DNA from: Balanoglossus misakiensis
Taxonomy: Eukaryota > Animalia > Hemichordata
Direction of reading: 5' to 3'
DNA length: 64,000 nt
Assembly: GCA_040954595.2 (NCBI GenBank)
Contig: CM082582.2
Span: forward strand, 1,596,303-1,660,302
Shown: one piece after another, positions 12,801 through 24,710 of the stretch
How the letters are laid out: each line of letters opens with the position of its first letter
Numbering within the stretch: position 1 is the stretch's first letter
Position numbers and translations under genes: made by a program
Notes under the pieces: generated by a model
What the model saw: only the letters and a program-made list of their open reading frames with translations
Database searches by the model: none
What the model was told of the DNA's origin: nothing

Positions 12801-15800
12801 CAAACACTCAAAATTAATGGGCACGATACTGGCCACTCTGGCCTAGTTAATGTTGACGCAAAGGTTGACCCCACCAAACACTCAAAATTAATGGGCAGAA
12901 CACTGTCCACTATGGCCTGGTTACTCTGTGCTCTGGTTAATGTTGACGCAAAGGTTGACCCCACCAAACACTCAAAATTAATGGGCAGCACACTGTCCAC
13001 TATGGCCTGGTTACTGTGTGCTCTGGTTAATGTTGACGCAAAGGTTGACCCCACCAAACACTCAAAATTAATGGGCAGAACACTGTCCACTACGGCCTGG
13101 TTACTGTGTGCTCTGGTTAATGTTGACGCAAAGGTTGACCCCACCAAACACTCAAAATTAATGGGCAGGATACTGTCCACTACGGCCTGGTTACTGTGTG
13201 CTCTGGTTAATGTTGACGCAAAGGTTGACCCCACCAAACACTCAAAATTAATGGGCAGAACACTGTCCACTACGGCCTGGTTACTCTGTGCTCTGGTTAA
13301 TGTTGACGCAAAGGTTGACCCCACCAAACACTCAAAATTAATGGGCAGAACACTGTCCACTATGGCCTGGTTACTCTGTGCTCTGGTTAATGTTGACGCA
13401 AAGGTTGACCCCACCAAACACTCAAAATTAATGGGCAGCACACTGTCCACTATGGCCTGGTTACTGTGTGCTCTGGTTAATGTTGACGCAAAGGTTGACC
13501 CCACCAAACACTCAAAATTAATGGGCAGAACACTGTCCACTACGGCCTGGTTACTGTGTGCTCTGGTTAATGTTGACGCAAAGGTTGACCCCACCAAACA
13601 CTCAAAATTAATGGGCAGCACACTGTCCACTATGGCCTGGTTACTGTGTGCTCTGGTTAATGTTGACGCAAAGGTTGACCCCACCAAACACTCAAAATTA
13701 ATGGGCAGGATACTGTCCACTACGGCCTGGTTACTGTGTGCTCTGGTTAATGTTGACGCAAAGGTTGACCCCACCAAACACTCAAAATTAATGGGCAGAA
13801 CACTGTCCACTACGGCCTGGTTACTGTGTGCTCTGGTTAATGTTGACGCAAAGGTTGACCCCACCAAACACTCAAAATTAATGGGCAGAACACTGTCCAC
13901 TACGGCCTGGTTACTGTGTGCTCTGGTTAATGTTGACGCAAAGGTTGACCCCACCAAACACTCAAAATTAATGGGCAGAACACTGTCCACTACGGCCTGG
14001 TTACTGTGTGCTCTGGTTAATGTTGACGCAAAGGTTGACCCCACCAAACACTCAAAATTAATGGGCAGAACACTGTCCACTATGGCCTGGTTACTGTGTG
14101 CTCTGGTTAATGTTGACGCAAAGGTTGACCCCACCAAACACTCAAAATTAATGGGCAGCACACTGTCCACGATGGCCTGGTTACTGTGTGCTCTGGTTAA
14201 TGTTGACGCAAAGGTTGACCCCACCAAACACTCAAAATTAATGGGCAGAACACTGTCCACTACGGCCTGGTTACTGTGTGCTCTGGTTAATGTTGACGCA
14301 AAGGTTGACCCCCACCAAACACTCAAAATTAATGGGCACGATACTGGCCACTCTGGCCTAGTTAATGTTGACGCAAAGGTTGACCCCACCAAACACTCAA
14401 AATTAATGGGCACGATACTGGCCACTCTGGCCTAGTTAATGTTGACGCAAAGGTTGACCCCACCAAACACTCAAAATTAATGGGCACGATACTGGCCACT
14501 CTGGCCTAGTTAATGTTGACGCAAAGGTTGACCCCACCAAACACTCAAAATTAATGGGCACGATACTGGCCACTCTGGCCTAGTTAATGTTGACGCAAAG
14601 GTTGACCCCACCAAACACTCAAAATTAATGGGCACGATACTGGCCACTCTGGCCTAGTTAATGTTGACGCAAAGGTTGACCCCACCAAACACTCCAAATT
14701 AATTGGCAGAACACTGTCCACTACGGCCTGGTTACTGTGTGCTCTGGTTAATGTTGACGCAAAGGTTGACCCCACCAAACACTCAAAATTAATGGGCAGA
14801 ACACTGTCCACTCGACCTGGTTACTGTGTGCTCTGGTTAATGTTGACGCAAAGGTTGACCCCACCAAACACTCAAAATTAATGGGCAGAACACTGTCCAC
14901 TACGGCCTGGTTACTGTGTGCTCTGGTTAATGTTGACGCAAAGGTTGACCCCACCAAACACTCAAAATTAATGGGCAGCACACTGTCCACTATGGCCTGG
15001 TTACTGTGTGCTCTGGTTAATGTTGACGCAAAGGTTGACCCCACCAAACACTCAAAATTAATGGGCAGAACACTGTCCACTACGGCCTGGTTACTGTGTG
15101 CTCTGGTTAATGTTGACGCAAAGGTTGACCCCCATCAAACACTCAAAATTAATGGGCACGATACTGGCCACTCTGGCCTGGTTACTGTGTGCTCTGGTTA
15201 ATGTTGACGCAAAGGTTGACCCCACCAAACACTCAAAATTAATGGGCAGCACACTGTCCACTATGGCCTGCTTACTGTGTGCTCTGGTTAATGTTGACGC
15301 AAAGGTTGACCCCACCAAACACTCAAAATTAATGGGCAGAACACTGTCCACTACGGCCTGGTTACTGTGTGCTCTGGTTAATGTTGACGCAAAGGTTGAC
15401 CCCACCAAACACTCAAAATTAATGGGCAGAACACTGTCCACTATGGCCTGGTTACTGTGTGCTCTGGTTAATGTTGACGCAAAGGTTGACCCCACCAAAC
15501 ACTCAAAATTAATGGGCAGCACACTGTCCACTATGGCCTGGTTACTGTGTGCTCTGGTTAATGTTGACGCAAAGGTTGACCCCACCAAACACTCAAAATT
15601 AATGGGCAGAACACTGTCCACTACGGCCTGGTTACTGTGTGCTCTGGTTAATGTTGACGCAAAGGTTGACCCCCATCAAACACTCAAAATTAATGGGCAC
15701 GATACTGGCCACTCTGGCCTAGTTAATGTTGACGCAAAGGTTGACCCCACCAAACACTCAAAATTAATGGGCACGATACTGGCCACTCTGGCCTAGTTAA

Positions 15801-18664
15801 TGTTGACGCAAAGGTTGACCCCACCAAACACTCAAAATTAATGGGCACGATACTGGCCACTCTGGCCTAGTTAATGTTGACGCAAAGGTTGACCCCACCA
15901 AACACTCAAAATTAATGGGCACGATACTGGCCACTCTGGCCTAGTTAATGTTGACGCAAAGGTTGACCCCACCAAACACTCAAAATTAATGGGCACGATA
16001 CTGGCCACTCTGGCCTAGTTAATGTTGACGCAAAGGTTGACCCCACCAAACACTCAAAATTAATTGGCAGAACACTGTCCACTACGGCCTGGTTACTGTG
16101 TGCTCTGGTTAATGTTGACGCAAAGGTTGACCCCACCAAACACTCAAAATTAATGGGCAGAACACTGTCCACTCGACCTGGTTACTGTGTGCTCTGGTTA
16201 ATGTTGACGCAAAGGTTGACCCCACCAAACACTCAAAATTAATGGGCAGAACACTGTCCACTACGGCCTGGTTACTGTGTGCTCTGGTTAATGTTGACGC
16301 AAAGGTTGACCCCACCAAACACTCAAAATTAATGGGCAGCACACTGTCCACTATGGCCTGGTTACTGTGTGCTCTGGTTAATGTTGACGCAAAGGTTGAC
16401 CCCACCAAACACTCAAAATTAATGGGCAGAACACTGTCCACTACGGCCTGGTTACTGTGTGCTCTGGTTAATGTTGACGCAAAGGTTGACCCCCATCAAA
16501 CACTCAAAATTAATGGGCACGATACTGTCCACTACGGCCTGGTTACTGTGTGCTCTGGTTAATGTTGACGCAAAGGTTGACCCCACCAAACACTCAAAAT
16601 TAATGGGCAGCACACTGTCCACTATGGCCTGGTTACTGTGTGCTCTGGTTAATGTTGACGCAAAGGTTGACCCCACCAAACACTCAAAATTAATGGGCAG
16701 AACACTGTCCACTACGGCCTGGTTACTGTGTGCTCTGGTTAATGTTGACGCAAAGGTTGACCCCCATCAAACACTCAAAATTAATGGGCACGATACTGGC
16801 CACTCTGGCCTGGTTACTGTGTGCTCTGGTTAATGTTGACGCAAAGGTTGACCCCACCAAACACTCAAAATTAATGGGCAGAACACTGTCCACTACGGCC
16901 TGGTTACTGTGTGCTCTGGTTAATGTTGACGCAAAGGTTGACCCCACCAAACACTCAAAATTAATGGGCAGAACACTGTCCACTACGGCCTGGTTACTGT
17001 GTGCTCTGGTTAATGTTGACGCAAAGGTTGACCCCACCAAACACTCAAAATTAATGGGCAGAACACTGTCCACTATGGCCTGGTTACTGTGTGCTCTGGT
17101 TAATGTTGACGCAAAGGTTGACCCCACCAAACACTCAAAATTAATGGGCAGAACACTGTCCACTACTGCCTGGTTACTGTGTGCTCTGGTTAATGTTGAC
17201 GCAAAGGTTGACCCCACCAAACACTCAAAATTAATGGGCAGCACACTGTCCACTATGGCCTGGTTACTGTGTGCTCTGGTTAATGTTGACGCAAAGGTTG
17301 ACCCCACCAAACACTCAAAATTAATGGGCAGAACACTGTCCACTACGGCCTGGTTACTGTGTGCTCTGGTTAATGTTGACGCAAAGGTTGACCCCACCAA
17401 ACACTCAAAATTAATGGGCAGAACACTGTCCACTATGGCCTGGTTACTGTGTGCTCTGGTTAATGTTGACGCAAAGGTTGACCCCACCAAACACTCAAAA
17501 TTAATGGGCAGAACACTGTCCACTACGGCCTGGTTACTGTGTGCTCTGGTTAATGTTGACGCAAAGGTTGACCCCACCAAACACTCAAAATTAATGGGCA
17601 GAACACTGTCCACTACGGCCTGGTTACTGTGTGCTCTGGTTAATGTTGACGCAAAGGTTGACCCCACCAAACACTCAAAATTAATGGGCAGAACACTGTC
17701 CACTATGGCCTGGTTACTGTGTGCTCTGGTTAATGTTGACGCAAAGGTTGACCCCACCAAACACTCAAAATTAATGGGCAGCACACTGTCCACTATGGCC
17801 TGGTTACTGTGTGCTCTGGTTAATGTTGACGCAAAGGTTGACCCCACCAAACACTCAAAATTAATGGGCAGAACACTGTCCACTACGGCCTGGTTACTGT
17901 GTGCTCTGGTTAATGTTGACGCAAAGGTTGACCCCCACCAAACACTCAAAATTAATGGGCACGATACTGGCCACTCTGGCCTAGTTAATGTTGACGCAAA
18001 GGTTGATCCCACCAAACACTCAAAATTAATGGGCACGATACTGGCCACTCTGGCCTAGTTAATGTTGACGCAAAGGTTGACCCAACCAAACACTCAAAAT
18101 TAATGGGCATGATACTGGCCACTCTGGCCTAGTTAATGTTGACGCAAAGGTTGACCCCACCAAACACTCAAAATTAATGGGCACGATACTGGCCACTCTG
18201 GCCTAGTTAATGTTGACGCTAAGGTTGACCCCACCAAACACTCAAAATTAATGGGCAGAACACTGTCCACTACGGCCTGGTTACTGTGTGCTCTGGTTAA
18301 TGTTGACGCAAAGGTTGACCCCACCAAACACTCAAAATTAATGGGCAGAACACTGTCCACTACGGCCTGGTTACTGTGTGCTCTGGTTAATGTTGACGCA
18401 AAGGTTGACCCCACCAAACACTCAAAATTAATGGGCAGAACACTGTCCACTACGGCCTGGTTACTGTGTGCTCTGGTTAATGTTGACGCAAAGGTTGACC
18501 CCACCAAACACTCAAAATTAATGGGCAGCACACTGTCCACTATGGCCTGGTTACTGTGTGCTCTGGTTAATGTTGACGCAAAGGTTGACCCCACCAAACA
18601 CTCAAAATTAATGGGCAGAACACTGTCCACTATGGCCTGGTTACTGTGTGCTCTGGTTAATGTT
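9900..18664 (+). repeat. 8.8-kb tandem array of 90-bp and 74/75-bp units (~100 units)
   Basis: Shared 50-bp core ttaatgttgacgcaaaggttgaccccaccaaacactcaaaattaatgggc, followed by either a 40-bp tail (agaacactgtccactacggcctggttactgtgtgctctgg) or a 24-bp tail (acgatactggccactctggcctag). Confidence 0.98.
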
Positions 18665-18893
18665 AATGGTAGGTCGTGGCTGTCTCATTTCAGGGATTTG
18701 TGGACTAAATGTCAATCTTTGTACTATTCGTACATGAAACTTTTCTTTCAAATACAACTTACAGACCAACATAGACAGTCATGCTTATATAAGTATGACT
18801 ATCTATTAAAGTAACATTCATATCATGATTGTTGTTTTACACTGTGTTTTCAAAGTAATTGTTGCAGTAAACCAATTGCCTTGCTTGGAAATA

Positions 18894-19008
18894 TTAAAAG
18901 GGAAGTCCTGTCCAGCTGATTTATGCATAATTTCTACACAATGTTTTTTTCTGAAAGAATGACATCAAAGCTACCCAATTATGTAGCTGAACCGGACTTC
19001 CCCTTTAA
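18894..19008. mobile_element. Short TTAA-flanked MITE (Kolobok-like); related partial copy at ~20580-20686
   Basis: TTAA-aagggaagtcc ... ggacttcccct-TTAA. Confidence 0.7.
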
Positions 19009-19301
19009 ATGCTACCAGTGAGCTTGTTTGTCTTTGTAAATACACTCAAGTATTAATCCCCTTTTTCTCAGAATTCAATGCATCTTCATGCCATGAGGTG
19101 AGAGGACACTTTTGTTAGCAGGAGGGAAACAAATCCAAAATAAATAATAACAGTGCAAAGTTGGTCTGCTGACTTTCTCCACATTTCATTATTGAATTAC
19201 GGCAAAATTATGAAATCCAATTATGAAATTCAGCTTTTTGTCCACTTTTTGTTGCTGCAAATTCATTGCGGTATAAAGGTCAATAATATGACAAATCTTG
19301 G

Positions 19302-19494
19302 TTAAAAGTATACAGTCACCTTCAATACACATTCCCATATATGGCTGAATGGCGTATTTGAGCATTCTAAAGAACATATGGTGGCGCCTGTTTTCCACGT
19401 GTGCCACCAAATGAAAATCTGTGATTGGCTAGATTTCAATTTTCCATGGTAACTATATATAGCTAATTTTCCATGGGTGATCATATACCTTTAA
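19302..19494. mobile_element. TTAA-flanked MITE (Kolobok-like); partial inverted copy at ~32611-32750
   Basis: TTAA-aagtatacagtcacc ... ggtgatcatatacct-TTAA. Confidence 0.75.
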
Positions 19495-19519
19495 CTCTAT
19501 AGTTTAACATGATACTTAC

Positions 19520-19705
19520 GAACACATGATTGGTTAAAAGTGTAGACATCATACATTGAGAGACCAGTTTCTCCAGGTGGCAGATAGAATCCACCTGTGC
19601 CGTTATTTGCATATAAGAGATAGCCTTCTTCACAGGAACATTGAAAACCACCTGCAGTGTTTTTACAAAGTTGATCACAAGAATGTGAAGCACATTCATT
19701 TATAT
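19520..19705 (-). pseudogene. Exon: calcium-binding EGF domain with Uif-type insert (DINECASHSCDQLCKNTAGGFQCSCEEGYLLYANNGTGGFYLPPGETGLSMYDVYTFNQSCV)
   Basis: tgtag| ... |gtaagt, 186 bp, phase 1 to 1; absent from the ORF track, translated by hand. Confidence 0.92.
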
Positions 19706-19761
19706 CTACAGAGAAGGAACATGGATTGGATTAAAACAATGTACGTTCAGTAAAATTGAAA

Positions 19762-20105
19762 GTATTGTCATTTCTTTTAATCGTGAATTTTGGGATTATC
19801 TTGTGTACGTACAAGATGAATCTGTGATAAAATAAAGGCGTCACCTTGCTTGCTTTTGAAATACAAGGCCATTAATTTAGTTGATAATAGAAGAAACCTG
19901 CTGACTCAGCATGGTTCACCAATGGTTTGTCTATGGACAAAAACCTTAAAGAAATTTATCTCAAAATAGAGCATTGTAATCACACAATTTTATTTGACCA
20001 ATGAATTTATATTTACTAGACTGAGCTATGTGTAAAATTTCGTGAAAATGACAATAGTAGAAGTTTGTTTTCTAGCAATTATCAATGTAATCCTATGAGA
20101 AAAAG
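19762..20105 (+). repeat. Interspersed repeat, inverted copy at ~37055-37373
   Basis: tattgtcatttcttttaatcgtg, accaatggtttg.ctatgga and tttatctcaaaataga are all found reverse-complemented at 37.1-37.4 kb. Confidence 0.75.
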
Positions 20106-20226
20106 ACACCTGAGATTAAAAGGTCATTCCAAAAATTTATCCGGAATTCTGAAATAAGTTCGGAATGTGTTAAATGTGAAAATAGTGACTTGAAGTTATG
20201 TTGCAAGTGACTTGTTTATGTCTCAC

Positions 20227-20355
20227 CTTTGCATGCTGTTCCATTCATATCTGGTTCAAATCCCACCAAACATGCACACTGATAGTCACCATCTCTATTT
20301 TCACAGACTTGATTGATTCCACACCGTGCCACCAATGTACTACATTCATTGATAT
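20227..20355 (-). pseudogene. Exon: calcium-binding EGF domain (DINECSTLVARCGINQVCENRDGDYQCACLVGFEPDMNGTACK)
   Basis: ttcag| ... |gtgaga, 129 bp, phase 1 to 1; six-cysteine EGF-Ca consensus. Confidence 0.92.
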
Positions 20356-20686
20356 CTGAAATGTTATTCATCAAGATATGATCAAAATCCCACAGGTCCG
20401 CTGGTAAATTCAGACCAACAAGTTTAGCTGTTATGTTATTCCTAAAAAATAAACAACAAATTAGTGTCATTCAAGTTGTTGCTAACAATAGATTCAAGAG
20501 ACAAATTAAGTCTCTCTCATCACTGCACTTTTTTCATTAATTATCTTGGATACAAGACACCAGGCTAGGCATATTTGCATAGCTGGTACGACTTATACAC
20601 GGCGAAAATGTTTTTTTTTTCCTGAAAGAGTGACCTCAAAGCTACAAAATTATGTAGATATCAGCTAGACCGGACATCCCCTTTAA

Positions 20687-20787
20687 CTACTGGATAACCG
20701 TCCGAGCATTGGAATGAGACAGAGACATCATACCTTCTATCTCTGTACTGGTCACCACGCCCTCACTAATCACAATTTCGGGACAGT
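20687..20787 (-). pseudogene. Exon remnant: CCP/sushi domain, frameshifted and truncated by a MITE
   Basis: gacag| then DCPEIVISEGVVTST; in a shifted frame RRYDVSVSFQCSDGY (sushi V.F.C..GY), then abuts the TTAA end of a MITE at 20686. Confidence 0.75.
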
Positions 20788-20858
20788 CTGTCAGAACAAG
20801 GATCACAATGATAAGAATGCATGCAGACAAATACTTAAACTCATAAATGTCAGTTGTT

Positions 20859-21090
20859 TTAAAGTGAAGGGGTCGTCGCAATGCGTTTGTTTATAAACAT
20901 TACAATTCATCCACAAATCCCTCAAATAAGATAATTCTTAGAATGAACGAAGCAGCTGACAGTATCCTAGACTGTCCATGACAGCAACTGAAGATCCTAG
21001 TAGGTCGTGGCTGTCTAATTTCAGGGATTTGTGGATGAATTGCAATGTTTATAAACAAACAAACGCAGTGCGACGACCCCATCACTTTAT
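20859..21090. mobile_element. MITE with ~70-bp terminal inverted repeats (Kolobok-like)
   Basis: aaagtgaaggggtcgtcgca.tgcgtttgtttataaacatt.caattcatccacaaatccct mirrored at 21021-21088; flanks TTAA/TTAT. A fragment abuts the 90-bp array at ~18669. Confidence 0.8.
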
Positions 21091-21307
21091 TGAGTGTGAT
21101 ACAAGAGTGTTGCCATTCCTGTCAATGGTCCAAAATTGCATTGCAATTGTAAGAAATTACTGTCTCTGTTTTTCCAGCTCTTTGAAGTTTCGTAAACATT
21201 CAAAAACATTTGCACCTTTCAATTAATGACTCTAAATCACAAGGATTCAAGGGAGAGTGTGTTTCTAAGAATTCTGTAACAACTTTTTCTGAAATGTTAG
21301 TAAGTTA

Positions 21308-21514
21308 CTGTAAAACACTTTATTTTCGCGAGCAAGAGATTTTCGCGAAATACGCGAGAGCCAAAATAGCGTGAAAATAAAAAGTTGCGTAATTTTTTTG
21401 AAGATAAAGATGCAATGAATGAAATAAGAGAACGCGAAAATTAACACTGGCGAAACAGTGGCCTCTCTCGATGTCGCGAAAAATTTCAACTCGTGAAAAT
21501 AAAGTGTTTTACAG
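21308..21514. mobile_element. Tc1/mariner-type MITE (family A)
   Basis: TA|ctgtaaaacactttattttc ... gaaaataaagtgttttacag|TA. Confidence 0.88.
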
Positions 21515-21523
21515 TATGTGTAC

Positions 21524-21707
21524 CTGGTGAAAATGAAGCCCTGAATCCTTTAGCTGGTCGTGTTCTACTACTCCTGAACACAACCGAAAAGTGTCCAATG
21601 TCTGTACGGCAATCGGGTGGTGGCACAGTGCCATCAATGACTCCATCAGAATTGCCACTCCATGGACCAATAATGACATCATCATCACTCTCAGTACCAT
21701 TGTATAC
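21524..21707 (-). pseudogene. Exon: CUB3 C-half (VYNGTES...FRSSRTRPAKGFRASFSP)
   Basis: tgaag| ... |gtacac, 184 bp, phase 0 to 1; GF.A.F motif. Confidence 0.85.
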
Positions 21708-21746
21708 CTTCAGAAACAAAGACAATTTAAGCATGCATTGTAAATA

Positions 21747-22193
21747 CCGTAAAACGGGAAATCTTCACAACAGGAAATTTTCGCGATATCAAAGGTGGCT
21801 ACTGTTACGCGACAATTAATTTTCACATTGGCATATTTTACTGCATTGTTATCTCTGAAGCATTTTAAGCGACTTTTTATTTTCATATTTTTTGGCTCTC
21901 ACATAGTTTACGAAAATTTATCGTTCACGAAAATTTTATAGTATTCAATCCTTGTTGCATTTCCTGCTGTAACAGCTACTCAACATACTGTAAAATGGGA
22001 AATGTTCGCAAACAATAAATTTTCGCGATCTACGTGAGAGCCATCAAAACATGAAAATAAAAAGTTGCGTAAAAATGTTTTTCGGGGATAATGATGCAGT
22101 GAAATACAAGAACGTGAAAAGTTATTGTTGCATAACACTTGCCTCTTTTGATAACGCGAAAATTTCATGTTGCAAAAGTATCCCGTTTTACAG
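21747..22193. mobile_element. Two further family-A-related MITEs (21747-21941 and 21988-22193) in opposite orientations
   Basis: TA|c[ct]gtaaaa.gggaaat termini and shared cgcga/ttttggctctc body; another copy at 27456-27646. Confidence 0.75.
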
Positions 22194-22360
22194 TATATAT
22201 GTGATTAATTAAATTTCCAAATTGTGTTCCAAAGTTGTATAGTTTGAAGTAATGTCTGCCAAAATTGTCAAACTAAAATCACTGCAAAATAATATGACAA
22301 ATTTTTTAATATGACAAATATTTTTAACATGGCTGACTCATGATCATATCTGATACTCAC

Positions 22361-22545
22361 AATGATGTAATCAACATCTGTGTTCCTCTCTAATCCAAAG
22401 TTCTCATCAAAGATAAGAGTTAATGGTCTTCCAGTTGGTTCCTTGATTAACCAGCTACACATAACATCATCAGGGTAAGTGCTAACATCATACCCTGGTG
22501 ACTGAATCGTGCCAAAACTACGCAGAATTTCAATTCCCTGGCAAC
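22361..22545 (-). pseudogene. Exon: CUB3 N-half (GCQGIEILRSFGTIQSPGYDVSTYPDDVMCSWLI...)
   Basis: taaag| ... |gtgagt, 185 bp, phase 1 to 0; SPGY..YP...C.W.I motif. Confidence 0.9.
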
Positions 22546-22553
22546 CTTTAAAG

Positions 22554-23302
22554 AAACAAGTGACCTATCGGTCAAAAGAGCTCTGCTGACTTTAACAGTG
22601 AAACCTATAGCTGGGCAATGATATGAATACCCTAGGTTTTAATCATAACAATTGTATTCTATTAAACAAAACCAAACATAGACATCACAAGTATTTAATA
22701 TCCACATTCAGCCTGATTCATTGTGCTAAAGAAAGAAAGAATTTATTCCTAAAGAACAACATCAAAAGGAAGTACCAAGGTACTAATTTGCATATTCATG
22801 ACCCGATCAAAATTCCAATAAAACAAAATCAGGTAGGGGCACCATAACACACATTCTACCAAATTTCAGCTCCATCGTACATGTAGTTAGGGAGAAGAAG
22901 ATTTTTTACCAAAAATTATATTTTTAGATCTAATTTGCATATTCATGACCCGATCATATCCAAATTTATGAAATCAGGTAGGGGCACCATAACACACATT
23001 CCTGCCAAATTTCAGCTCCATCGTACATGTAGTTAGGGAGAAGAAAATGTTTGACCAACATTCTATTTTAGATCTAATTTGCATATTTATGACCCCATCA
23101 AATCCAAATTTACAAAATCAGGTAGGGGCACCATAACACACATTCCTACCAAATTATAGCTAAATATGCAATGTCGTTTTAACGAAGAAGATTGAAATAC
23201 CGAAAGTTGACGGACGACGGACAACGGACGCCGGACGACAGACGGACACTTATCAACCTACTGCTACAGCTTGGCTGACACAAGTGACAGCCAAGCTAAA
23301 AA
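22554..23302 (-). mobile_element. HINE/DINE-1-like element with three internal ~145-bp tandem cores
   Basis: Cores start at 22783, 22930 and 23074; GACG microsatellite at 23209-23248; terminal hairpin agcttggctg/cagccaagct at 23268-23297 followed by an A run. Confidence 0.7.
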
Positions 23303-23675
23303 TACCAAACAAGGAATAATGAATTCAATCCACAGGTTTGGTGTAATCCTGGCTGCCTTTTATTTTGTGCTAGGGGATCAAATCACATAATAATTGCCTT
23401 CTGGATAAAAAGTCGTACGCGACAGAAGAAATGACTGTTAACTGTATATGACTTCCTTAGGTCAAACCTTTCTGTCGTTATACATGTAGTTATCAAATTA
23501 AACTCATTTAACTTTTTTCACATTTTGTTATTTTTTCTGTTAAAAAGTTCCATAATGACCCAGTATCAGATTAGCTTATATTATAAACTTCCAGAAAGAA
23601 TGGCAAAAGAAGATAGATCTGTGATCCTTACAATTCTTACTGGGTTGAAATTCTTTGGGAATGATTTTAAGTGAT

Positions 23676-24032
23676 TTAAAGGGACAAAGTTTCTCTCACT
23701 CGCTGCCCTTTTTCCATTAACTATGTTTGATACAAGACACTGTTTATGTTATTCTACATGTGGATATATAGTGAATCAACATTCAACCACGCACAACTTC
23801 CATCCCGTTTGTAGGATATGAGAGTAAAAATATTGCCAAAATGAATAAACGGTAGAGACCAATTATTCATTTTGGCGAGTTTTTTCACTCTTGTGTCTAC
23901 AAGTGGGATGGAAGTTGTTTGTGGTCAAACGTTGTTTCAATATATATCCACATGTAGAATAACATAAACGCTGAATTGTATCATCATAATTCCTGGAAAA
24001 AGGGTAGCGAGAGAGAGTGTTTGTCCCTTTAA
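23676..24032. mobile_element. Fold-back TTAA MITE (Kolobok-like family K)
   Basis: TTAA-agggacaaa ... tttgtccct-TTAA; almost the whole element is an imperfect palindrome. Confidence 0.85.
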
Positions 24033-24113
24033 AACATTGTTCTCTTGCATCATGAATCCTTGATTGCCTCTTCATTCAAACAACGTCTTGATCAATTTGA
24101 ATGCGTTACCTAC

Positions 24114-24315
24114 CTGCCCAGTAATGTACATGAAAACCTCTCATTGTAACTGCATCATCACTCTTAATGTCAACTCTCATCATACTTTTGGAAGATATGA
24201 TGACATTGGGTAACTCCATCCCAGAAAATAAAGCAAGTCTGAGGGCAGGATTCAGTTCAGCGCCATCGTATACAGACACTTGATCAGCCCCATCTTCTGT
24301 TGCAAAGGAGATAAA
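24114..24315 (-). pseudogene. Exon: CUB2 C-half (FISFATEDGADQVSVYDG...KSDDAVTMRGFHVHYWA)
   Basis: 202 bp, same length and phase as the CUB1 C-half exon; donor |gtaggt; the expected acceptor reads ttccg rather than ttcag. Confidence 0.85.
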
Positions 24316-24426
24316 CGGAAAAGATATAAAAAATAGCATCAAAGACACTTTGCTCCCATTTGATATGTACATTTAAATGTGACATACCGTACAATCATAG
24401 TGATCACAATTTCCTACACAAAACCA

Positions 24427-24710
24427 TTAAGGGGCAAAGTCTCTCTCTCTCTCGCTGCCCCTTTTCCATTAATTATCGTTTGATTATCGTTTATGTTATT
24501 CTAGATGTGGATATATAGTGAATCAACATTCCATCCCGCTTCATTTTGGGCGAGATTTTTACTCTCATATCCTAAAAATGGGATGGAAGGTGTGTGTGGT
24601 CGAATGTTGATTCACTATATATCCTCATGTAGAATAACATAAACGGTGTCTTGTATCAAACATAATTAATGGGAAAAGGGCAGCGAGAGAGAGAGACTTC
24701 GTCCCTATAA
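24427..24710. mobile_element. Family K MITE, internally deleted
   Basis: Same termini (ctctctctcgctgccc / gggcagcgagagagag) and body as 23676-24032. Confidence 0.8.

Noticed and set aside
9900-18664. CRISPR-like array (constant core plus variable segment)
   Set aside because: The variable parts are only two or three recurring tail types, not unique spacers; no cas genes; eukaryotic context.
11246-18814. Long ORFs (394-550 aa) as real proteins
   Set aside because: Pure translations of a 90-bp repeat, open on both strands and broken by 74/75/89-bp units; no unique domains.
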